Shown here piece by piece: positions 53,449 through 63,000 of a stretch of 63,073 bases of DNA. The stretch's first letter is position 1. Each line of letters opens with the position of its first letter. Made by a program: the position numbers and the translations under genes. The stretch is from NCBI GenBank assembly GCA_034186235.1, contig JAXGBA010000075.1, positions 1 to 63,073 of the forward strand, read 5' to 3'. The notes under the pieces are model-generated. The model saw only the letters and a program-made list of their open reading frames with translations, had not been told where the DNA came from and ran no database searches. Source of the DNA: Clostridia bacterium (lineage in GTDB: Bacteria; Bacillota; Clostridia; HGM11514).

Positions 53449-54372
53449 ATGAAAAAACGGATTTTGACGGCGCTGATTTTAATATTGCTCGTTTCATGCC
53501 GAGTGCTTGCCGAAGGTGGGCTTTCCTTCGGTGCGCTTTCGTGGGAAACAGAAAACGGGCTTTCGTTTTTTTCGGACGGCGGAGAAGGTGTTTCGGACAT
53601 TGTGGGTTTTGAACTGTCAAAAGGAACGGCGTCCGTAAAAATTCCGCAGATCGGAGCAGACATAAAGGATAACATATGCATAAAAATCAGCGGTCTTGCG
53701 AATGGGGAATATCAATTGAGGCGGTTCGCAAAAACAGACAACGGATATGCGTATTCCGAAGCGGTATATATTACTGCTGCGGACGGGGCATATTCGGTTA
53801 TAACACGGGAGGAAAAAGAGCTTGCGGACGCAAAAGCTGCGGCAAAATCGGAGCTGTCGGGGTACATTGCTGACAAAACGGTTTACAGAGAAAAAGAACT
53901 GGCCGTGATTGACGGTATTCTGGAAAAATACAATAATCTGATTGATGAGAGTGTTTCATATGAAGGTATTTCGGGTATTGTAAGCAGCGCAAAAACCGAA
54001 CTTGACGGTGTGCATAAAAAAGAATGGTTCGACCAAAATGCGGAGGCAAACAAAGAGGTGCTTCTTTATCTTGATGACGCATATCTTTGGCTTTGCAGAA
54101 AACCTCCGTATAACGATAGAAAGTTTTTCGGAAAAGAAAAGCAATTCGTCAATATTGTCAAGCCTGTAATTGCCGAGGTTATTGCAGATGCAAGCGCCGG
54201 CGAATATGTTGTTACAAACGAATATATCCGTGCAAAATACGCCGCCGACATTGCAGAAGCAAAAAAGATTTATAATGAAGATATGAGCGAAACCGAAAGG
54301 GCTCGTTTTAACGAAACAATTGCCGCTCTTAACACCGAAACCCAGAACTTTTTAAAAGAATTTTTTGGATAA
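53449..54372 (+). CDS. Secreted protein of unknown function (family member B)
   Basis: Signal peptide MKKRILTALILILLVSCRVLA. C-terminal module aligns with gene A (EK....I..PV....IA...AG...VT..YI...Y...IA..K). Confidence 0.7.
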   Translation: MKKRILTALILILLVSCRVLAEGGLSFGALSWETENGLSFFSDGGEGVSDIVGFELSKGTASVKIPQIGADIKDNICIKISGLANGEYQLRRFAKTDNGYAYSEAVYITAADGAYSVITREEKELADAKAAAKSELSGYIADKTVYREKELAVIDGILEKYNNLIDESVSYEGISGIVSSAKTELDGVHKKEWFDQNAEANKEVLLYLDDAYLWLCRKPPYNDRKFFGKEKQFVNIVKPVIAEVIADASAGEYVVTNEYIRAKYAADIAEAKKIYNEDMSETERARFNETIAALNTETQNFLKEFFG

Positions 54373-54432
54373 CCCTTGACAAACAGGTAATTTAGGTATA
54401 ATATATTAGTATAACTTAGAGGAGGTCGAATT

Positions 54433-54987
54433 ATGAAAAAATTATTATGCTTGGCTTTGGCAATACTGACAGCGCTTACTGCAGTAACTGTTTTTGCCGA
54501 TGCATCCGATGTAAGCGTTGCGGAGGGCGTTCGTCTTTCGTACGATGGCATTTACTATGATGATTATCAGAGCGGCGAAGGCACAATCAATGTTACACTT
54601 CAGAACAACAGCGCTGCTAACGACAGTGTTACATTTGTTGTTGCTGAATATTCTGAAAAAGCCGGCTACAGAAAGCTTGTTCAGAGCAAAATTCAGACGC
54701 TTGAAATTAAAGCAAAAGATAAAAATAAATTTGAAGTGAAGTTTACACCGGCTGACGCTAAAAGCAATTCGTTCAATATCTTTGCTTTTTCCAATGCAAA
54801 TGCAGGCAGCATTTACCTCGGTGATGAATTTGTTCTTGATAAGTTCCAGTACATAGGAACGGAAGAAGACGGTGCTTCGATTTATAAAATAAACAGCTTT
54901 ACCGACAGAGTATATGACAAGTTCAGATATGTAAGCACTGAAGAAGACGGAACAACTGTTTATAAAGTTGACAGATTTCGTAATTAA
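54433..54987 (+). CDS. Secreted protein of unknown function with a C-terminal 22-aa tandem repeat
   Basis: GGAGG RBS. Signal peptide MKKLLCLALAILTALTAVTVFA. DKFQYIGTEEDGASIYKINSF / DKFRYVSTEEDGTTVYKVDRF. Confidence 0.7.
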   Translation: MKKLLCLALAILTALTAVTVFADASDVSVAEGVRLSYDGIYYDDYQSGEGTINVTLQNNSAANDSVTFVVAEYSEKAGYRKLVQSKIQTLEIKAKDKNKFEVKFTPADAKSNSFNIFAFSNANAGSIYLGDEFVLDKFQYIGTEEDGASIYKINSFTDRVYDKFRYVSTEEDGTTVYKVDRFRN

Positions 54988-54991
54988 TTAA

Positions 54992-55025
54992 AATAAGCCG
55001 TTCGGGGACGGACGGCTTATTTTTG
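54992..55025 (+). terminator. Intrinsic terminator
   Basis: aataagccgt ... acggcttatt followed by tttg. Confidence 0.75.
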
Positions 55026-55046
55026 TGTAAAAAAGGGGAGAATACT

Positions 55047-56042
55047 ATGATAAAAGGAAATGTAATGTATCACAATGCGGAATATATCGAAAAAGAGGCG
55101 AGGGGTGACAGGCTTTTTCGTTACCCCAAAGAGGTCTTAAAAGAGTGCAATTCTCATTGCCGCAACATGGCGCGATATGCCTGCAACTGCGAACTCAGAT
55201 TCGTGACGGATTCCGACACGGTGTTTGTCAATATAACTTCATTTTCGGGTAACGGGGATATAATAGTGTATTTCGGAGATTTTTATCAGGCGAAATACAG
55301 GATTGCTGCCGGTGAAACCAAGAACATCTGTATTTCAAAACCGGCAATCCTGAAAGACGGCACCGGCGAAAAGTTCTTTGAAGGGTGCATCTACAGCCCG
55401 AATGTCATCAGAATACATTTTCATGCGTTCATGGCGATTGTGGGAGAAATTGACGCTCTTGAAGGAGAGGTAAGACCGCCCGAAAAGTCGGAACTTCCCG
55501 TAAAAACCATGCTGGCGTACGGTTCTTCAATCACGCACGGCGCAGGCGCATTTGCAAGCAATTTGTGCTATATCCAAACCGCCGCAAGATACCTTGGGGT
55601 TGATGTTATCAATAAGGGGGTCGGCGGTTCGTGCTTTGCTGAAAAAGCAATTGCCGACTGGCTTTCATCAAAGACCGACTGGGATTTCGCATATGCGGAA
55701 ATCGGCATAAACATGGTCGGTGCATTTGACTGCGGCGAATTTGAAAAATGCTATACATATTTTATCGATAAACTTTCCGAAACCGGGAAACCCGTATTTG
55801 CGCCGTCGATGTATCTTTATTCCGGCGCATACAATGAAGGAACTTCGGAAAAATACATGAAATTCAATGAGATAATAAAGAATTATCACGCTTCACATAA
55901 GCTTGACAATCTTCATTTTATTGACGGGAACAAAATTCTCCCGGAAGGGCGCTGGCTGACAGCTGACGGTATTCACCCCTCAACCGAAGGGCACGCTCTT
56001 ATGGGATTTAATGCCGCTGAAATTATCAAAGAATATATTTAA
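55047..56042 (+). CDS. SGNH/GDSL hydrolase family protein (cytoplasmic; no signal peptide)
   Basis: GGGGAG RBS before ATG 55047. Block I LAYGSSITHGAG, block II KGVGGS, block V DGIHPSTEGHALM. Confidence 0.8.
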   Translation: MIKGNVMYHNAEYIEKEARGDRLFRYPKEVLKECNSHCRNMARYACNCELRFVTDSDTVFVNITSFSGNGDIIVYFGDFYQAKYRIAAGETKNICISKPAILKDGTGEKFFEGCIYSPNVIRIHFHAFMAIVGEIDALEGEVRPPEKSELPVKTMLAYGSSITHGAGAFASNLCYIQTAARYLGVDVINKGVGGSCFAEKAIADWLSSKTDWDFAYAEIGINMVGAFDCGEFEKCYTYFIDKLSETGKPVFAPSMYLYSGAYNEGTSEKYMKFNEIIKNYHASHKLDNLHFIDGNKILPEGRWLTADGIHPSTEGHALMGFNAAEIIKEYI

Positions 56043-56082
56043 CCGGTCGACTTTTCCGACAGCCTGAAAGCCGGTCAAAGGT

Positions 56083-56946
56083 TCAAAATGCCTTTGACCG
56101 GCTTTTTGCATGAATCGGCGGATATCCGTAAATCTTTTTGAAAACTCTCGAAAAGTATGCCGCACTGCTGAATCCGCTTGCTTCCGCAGCGTCGGCAACG
56201 GACATATTTGTGGTGCATATAAGATATTCCGCATAAATGCATCGTATATTATTTATGTATGACAGGATTGTGTCGCCGGTCGCTTCCTTGAAAACCCTGC
56301 ACATATAGCATTTGGACAGATGACAGGATTTGGCTATTTTACTGAGCGAAAGTTTGCTCTGATAGTTGCTTTGAATATAGTCGATTATATTCCTTGCTGT
56401 AGCTTCGCCAGAGGTTTCGGGAATCGCTTTCCGTTCTCCCGATTGCAGCATAAAATGATCTCTCGTAAGAAGAACCGCAATACCGATAAGATCCGCTTTG
56501 ATTTTCAGTTCAAAAGAATCGGGTTTATGGAGCGCCTCAAGGTATATATCGTTTATAAGCCTTGTAATTTCATTATCACGGATTACCTCTTCAAAAAGCG
56601 TTGCGTCGCTTACGCCGCATTCTTCCATAAAATAATTTTCCACGATAAGGCAAAGATACGACAGGCCCCGGGCATCCTTTTTATCCATAGAATGCTTGAC
56701 TTTGCTGTTGATATACACAATGTCGCCTGCCTGAACATTATATGTTGTGCTGTCCAGCGTCACTTTGCCGATACCCTCCTGAATAAGCCAGAATTCGGAC
56801 TGCGGATGCCAGTGAGGGCTGACGCTTTCGTTTGTATGCTTCTGAAAAATAATGTACGGAGCACCGTTGAATGATTTTTGGTTTTCTATTTTCCCTGAGG
56901 TTATGTCAAAGTGCACTATCTGCGGCTTTGAATGCTCTGTTTCCAT
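56083..56946 (-). CDS. AraC-family transcriptional regulator with an N-terminal cupin domain
   Basis: GGGGAGGG sits 7 nt before ATG 56946 (the track start at 56997 lies in promoter DNA). Cupin (HWHPQSEFWLIQEG). C-terminal double HTH (LSKIAKSCHLSKCYMCRVFK...SGFSSAAYFSRVFKKIYGYPP). Confidence 0.85.
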   Translation of the reverse strand: METEHSKPQIVHFDITSGKIENQKSFNGAPYIIFQKHTNESVSPHWHPQSEFWLIQEGIGKVTLDSTTYNVQAGDIVYINSKVKHSMDKKDARGLSYLCLIVENYFMEECGVSDATLFEEVIRDNEITRLINDIYLEALHKPDSFELKIKADLIGIAVLLTRDHFMLQSGERKAIPETSGEATARNIIDYIQSNYQSKLSLSKIAKSCHLSKCYMCRVFKEATGDTILSYINNIRCIYAEYLICTTNMSVADAAEASGFSSAAYFSRVFKKIYGYPPIHAKSRSKAF

Positions 56947-56967
56947 AAAGGAACCCTCCCCGAAAAC

Positions 56968-57036
56968 ATTGTACAAATTGAGGTAAATATTGTACATTTA
57001 CAATCTTATGTGCAAGATTTATAATAATATTGTACC
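56968..57036. promoter_or_regulatory. Three copies of ATTGTAC[AC] in the AraC / giant-gene divergent region
   Basis: attgtaca at 56968-75 and 56989-96 (21-bp spacing). attgtacc at 57029-36. Confidence 0.35.
56997..57025 (+). promoter_or_regulatory. Sigma-A-type promoter for the giant surface-protein gene
   Basis: TTTACA, 17 nt, TATAAT. Overlaps the second ATTGTACA copy. Confidence 0.5.
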
Positions 57037-57079
57037 ACAAAAAACGGTTTTTGTAAATGTTTTTAAGGAGGAATTTTAT

Positions 57080-60000
57080 ATGAAAAAATTTGTGAGCCTG
57101 CTTACGGTGCTTGCAATTGCGGTTACCATGCTGTTTTCGGTTTCCGTCTCGGCGGACGGCAGTTCCGAAAGAATTGACCTTTCCGGAACGCAGACGCTGT
57201 ATTCTTCGGCAGACGGATCCTGGAGCAGCGGAAAAATCGTTGCAAGGGACGAAAACGGAAACGAAATAACCGAGGGGCTTTCGTATTTTTCCAGTTACGA
57301 TTTTGTGCTGACTGTATCGGCGGACGGAACGGTTACGCCCCATCACGAAGGCTGCGCAATCGTGACGGTAACGAAGGAAAACCCGGACAAAACAACGGTT
57401 TCCGCCAAAATTGCAATCAGCATTACGGGCAAGCCGAAGCTTAACAGCACTTTTGAATCCGGAAACGATTTGAAGCTTAATTTTTCAAGAAGCGGAAATC
57501 ATTGTGTGAACCCGTCTGTTAATTCGGCGAACAAATCAATCAATATTCAAACGCAGTCATGGACGAAAAATGACACATACAAGAGATTTTTCGTTGAAGC
57601 GTGGTTTTATGATGACGGTGTAATATCCGAAAATGCAGAAATCGGAGCAGCTGTAAACTTTAATGCCTGGGGTGCGTGGGACGCAAAGGGCTGGGGAAAT
57701 GTTACGGTCGGCGTCCTCGATAAATCAAGCGAATATTACGGATATAAAAACATTCAGGGGCAGAGAACAACTGCACAGTTTACTCCGTCAATGAGGGAAC
57801 ACACGGCGTTTCTTGACGGAACGGCTTATGCTTCTTTGTACGGCGGCGAGGTAAAATGGCCTTACGCGAAGCCGGAAGCATACATAGAAAGAAGCAAGGG
57901 CTGGCACCAGATAGCGATTTTGGCAAACACAAATACCGAAAATCAAAATGCTGTTAAATACTATCTTGACGGCGTGGAGCTTTTTACGGATAACTTTCCG
58001 TCGCATGTCCAGACGGCAATTCTTTATGCGGCAGAAGGAGCATATTATGACGATGTTGTGCTTTCAACCTATACCGATACGGATTTTGAAAATACCGGTA
58101 CGGCGCTTTCAAAACCGCAGATTTATGGCTCCGCAAGCGTTGAAGGAACATTGAGAGCGAGGGCGGCGGCAGAGGCGCCTTATGAATTTTTCAAAACAGC
58201 TGTTGTATCCGGCGATACCGTGAGCACATCGGGTGCATGGCTTAACTCATCAAAAGTATGGGGAACCGCCAATTATATTACGCCGAGTTTTGCATGGGAC
58301 GGCGATATAACTTATGAATGGGAAACTTCGTCCGACGGCAAAAGCTGGAGCAAGGCGGCGGGTGGTGCGGAATACACCGTAAGCGCCGACGATGAAGGAA
58401 AGCTTATAAGAGCGAAGGCTTCAATCGGCGAAAGTGTTTCTTATTCTGACATCAAGAGGGTGGACGGTGCGGCAATTTACAGCATCGGCAGCGATACGGT
58501 GAGATTTCTCGGCAGAGGAGAAAATACGGGAAGCGGCCGTTCGATGAATTTTCCTCTTGCGGGGCTTGAGTTTGAGTTCAGCGGCTGCGGTGCACAGATG
58601 AGAATTGCAGGATTTGAAGGCTCGGCGCCGGCATATGTAAATATTACGGTTGACGGAAGAACCGAAAGAAAAGCTGTTGAACAAAACGGCTGGATAACCC
58701 TTTGCGATGGGCTTGATAAAGGTAAGCACACCGTTTCGGCGGTGCGCTCCGATGAGCCGGGAGCATATATTTACGCAGACGCTTTGAAAACAGACGCTTC
58801 CGCACCGGCGCCGACAGCAGGCAAGGTCAGAAAGCTTGAGTTTATAGGTGATTCCTATACTGCGGGCTACGGCTTGGGAGGAAGCGTTTCCGACGCTTCA
58901 AAATCCTTTGCCGCAGTCACGGCAGGCACGCTTGATGCGGATATTAATGTCATTGCAAGCTCGGGAAAAGGACTTTATAAAAATCTCCCCGGATTTGCGT
59001 CGAAAAAAACAATGGCGGAAAATTATGATTATGCCGAACTTTGGAAAAACGGCGTGTCTAAATGGGATTTTAATTCTTATGTTCCGCAGGTTGTTACGGT
59101 GTTTCTCGGCACTAACGATTACTTTGCGGACGAAGGTGCCAGCGCAGACGGATTTTCGGCGGCATACTCGGCATTTATAAAGAAAATCAGAGCAAAGTAT
59201 CCTAATGCGTCAATTATATGCTGTGCAAAAAATGAAGGCTGCTACAGACAGCAGATTGAGGATGCGGTTTCAAAGAGTAATGACCCTAAGGTGTTTTATC
59301 TTAATTTCGGTGACTTGGGCGAAAGCGGGCTGAATTCTCACCCGAACGAAGATGAACAAAAAATACTTGCCGATAAGCTTGCAGAAAAAATCAATTCGAT
59401 TGAAAATGTATGGCTGACCGAAAAAGAAGTCAATATTACACTCGAAATCGGCGGCGGAGGAAAGCTTACGGATGGCGGAAAAGAAATAAGCGGCAGCTTT
59501 AAGGCGTATGTCGGCGGCAAAAAGGTGCTTACCCTCGTGCCGGACGACGGTCATATTGCCGGTTCCGCGGAGCTTGACGGCAAAAAGCTTGAAATTACGG
59601 ATAACAAAATAACCCTTCCCGAGGACATTAAAGAAGGAAGCGTTCTCAAAATTACATTCAAGAGAGATTTTTCCGAAAACGGTGTGGTGTTTTATGTTTC
59701 GGAAAGTGGCAGCGACAGCAATACCGGTACGCTTTCTCAGCCCTTCCGTACGATAGGAAAGGCGATGGAGGCAGTCCGCACAGTTGACAAAGCGGCGGCA
59801 AAAAGCATAACCGTATATATCCGCGGTGGAAAATACAAGGTGAATTCAACGCTTGCTTTTACCGCAGAGGACGGCGGAACCGAAAATTGTCCGATTACAT
59901 ACAGAAACTACGGTGACGAGAATGTTCAGATAACGGGCGGCGTTCATTTCGGGCTTGATAAATTTAGTGCGGTTGAAGGCGAAATGAAGGATATTCTCCG

Positions 60001-63000
60001 CTCGCCCGAGGCTAAAGAGAAGGTTTTGGTTGCAGACTTTGACGACCTCGGCATAGGCGAAATGACGGAATACAAAATAAAGGATAATCAGTCAGTTTTG
60101 GAAGCGCCGATTGTTACATGGAACGGCAAGGATATGACGCTTGCGAGGTTCCCTAATTCCGAGGTCAACACCGATTGGCTTTCGGCACGCTGGAACAAGG
60201 GTGCAAACGACGGTACTGACGGCGGAAACGGTAAGGTTACCGCAGAACAGAAGGCGTTTAAGCTTAAATACAACTCGGATATTCCCGACAGCTGGACCTT
60301 CGGGCTTGACCACATTATGGCACAGGGATTTTTCTACCATTACTGGTATGCCCCGATAAGATATGTAACTCTTAATGACGGGCTTATGATCGCAAGAGAA
60401 AACACCAACACCGCAGCGAGCGGAGTTGCGCCGAATACCGACAACCCGTTCAGGTTTATGAATGTGTACCAGGAAATCGACATGCCCGGCGAGTGGTATA
60501 TCGACATCGAAAACAGAAAAATGTATCTCTGGCCTCTTGACAATTCCGAAAACCCGGACATTGCGGTAACGGACTCGGCGTGCACGCTCGTAACGCTTAC
60601 AAACACGGGCAACATTACATTCAGAGGGATAACCTTCACCGAAACCTACGGAATGGGGCTGCACCTCTCGTCCGCAGACAATATCACATTTGACGGCTGT
60701 ACCGTAAGTGCAACGGGACGTTACGGCATGAGAATGGACGATGTGACGAACTGTACCTTCAAAAACGGAGATTTCAAATATTGCGGTATCGGCGGAATAT
60801 ATCTTGTTACCGGCGGAAATTACAAAACATTGGAGTCGGGTAACAATCTTATTACCAATTCGGTGTTTGATAACTGCTCGTTCACCAAGGAAACCTATGC
60901 TCCAGGTGTCGCGCTGAACGGCGTCGGAAACGTTGTTTCGCACTGCGAATTTAAGAATTTTTCGCATTCGGCAATGACCTTCGGAGGCTGCCTTAATGTA
61001 ATGGAATACAACAGCTTTACAAATTCCTGCATTAACGGAACCGACTCCGGCGTAATCTATACCGGCAGAAACTTAAGCGAGCACGGCAATATTATAAGGT
61101 ACAATCATTTTTACGGCATAGGAAACGACCAGGAGGGCAGAAATTATTTCCCGTGCTGCGTGTTTACCGATGATGGCAGCTCCGACCTTTCGATTTACGG
61201 AAATGTTTTCGGCCCGGACCTTCGCAATGTCGAGGTGTTCAAGAGCCACGGCGGTCAGTGTGATGATATGTATGACAATATTATAATCGACGCAACAAGA
61301 GTTTATTATATGTGCGACTGGTCGGACGAAAACTGGAGATTTGTGGTGACCGAAAACTACGGAAGCTCCGATTGGCAGAATAAAGAGGTGTATTTCGGAA
61401 CCTTCAGGCAGATTTACGACAATCCGCTTTACTGGGAACGCTGGCCGTGGATAAAGGATGCCTACGAGCATCCCGAGGCTGTGGAATATCAGAGCAATAC
61501 CATTTCGGGCAATATGATTATATATATTGACAAAGCGCCGCAGTATGCAAACGGCAGCTGCTGGAACATCAGGGGAATGGACGGGCATTATCCCAAAAAG
61601 CTCGATACGAATACCATTATAAGGCGCGGAAACACCGGAATGTTTAAAGATTATGCAAACGGTAACTTTAACCTTTCGGATGATATGTACGCAAAGTACA
61701 AGGACTTCCCGTATATAGATTTTGACGCAATCGGAAGATACGGCGTTGAAAACAGTGCTCCGACAGCCGATAATGTTAAGATAACAGGTACGGCTGCCGT
61801 CGGGAGTTCCATACAGGGCAGCTATACATATGAGGATTACGAGAGCGATAATGAGGGAAAAACCGTTACGGAATTTCTTGCGGCGGACCGCATAGACGGA
61901 ATTTATGAAAAAATTGCGGACGGAAAAACCCTAACAATTACGGAAGGGCTTAAGGGTAAGTATATTAAGTTTTCGGTAACTCCGGTTGATTTCAGCGGGG
62001 CGAGGGGCGAAGCGGCTCTTTCGGCGCCGGTATATGTCGAAGAAACAGAGGGCGATTTATCAAAACTCAAGGCGGAACTTAAATCAATTGCGGAGTCCGC
62101 CCCTGCAGGAACGCACCTCGGTGCATGGAACGACGCAGATATTGCGGAATTCAATAATTTCGTTGAAAGCTCCGATGACTCCTCCGTGCTTTTGGCAGCA
62201 TATGAGAATTTCATGAAAAAGAGAATAACCTCTGTTTCCGCAAGCGGCGTGCTTAAGGTCGAGCCGGGATTAAGCTTTGCCGAGATAAATGTCGGCGAGC
62301 TTTCAAAGACCGGCCTGAAGCTTTCCGGAACAGATATTCCGCAGCTGAAAATCAGCGGTACAATTGACGGTAATGTATTTTTAATGTATGTTCCGGCGCA
62401 GAAAATCAGCGGAGATTTGCTTGTGATTTCAAGGGCTGACAATGATGAAACGGTTTACGGCGATGTTATGTTTTCGCTTAATATCGGTGTGGAATCAGAA
62501 CTTGAAATTCCTTCGTTTATCGGAAAAACCTTTGTATTCGGAGAATACGAGAAAACAATCGGCAGCGGCAGAATGCGTGCGGAAAAGGCTGGACTTTATT
62601 CCGTTGCGTCGCTTTATAAAAAATCGAGCGATACAAGCCTTTCCGAGCTGTTTGTAAATGACAGAGCCATAAATATTATTAAAGGCAAAACCGAATATCA
62701 AGCGACCGTTAAAGCCGGCACGGGGGCTATTGTTTCCGCAAAGGCGGCAAACGCTTATGCAAAGGTTGAAATCACACAGGCAGGGTCCCTCCCCGGCAAA
62801 GCCATAGTAAAGGTTATTGCGCAGGACGGAACGGAGGCGGTTTATACCGTTGCAATTTCCGAAATTAAATCACCGTCCGATGATAATGGCGATGAGCCTT
62901 CCGTAACCCCCGGCGGCGCAGGTGGCGGCGGAACAACCACAAGACCTTCCGCAAATAAGGGAACAAACGGTTTCTATTCCGGTGAAACAACCAACCCGAG

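Noticed and set aside
60092-60967. 291-aa minus-strand ORF (and its neighbours 61073..61588, 61903..62442, 58421..58729) in a region where the track shows no plus-strand gene
   Set aside because: They lie antisense to the unterminated 1998-codon plus-strand ORF, which has an RBS, signal peptide and clear domain signatures. Their sequences are Arg/Cys/Val-rich low-information translations with no RBS.
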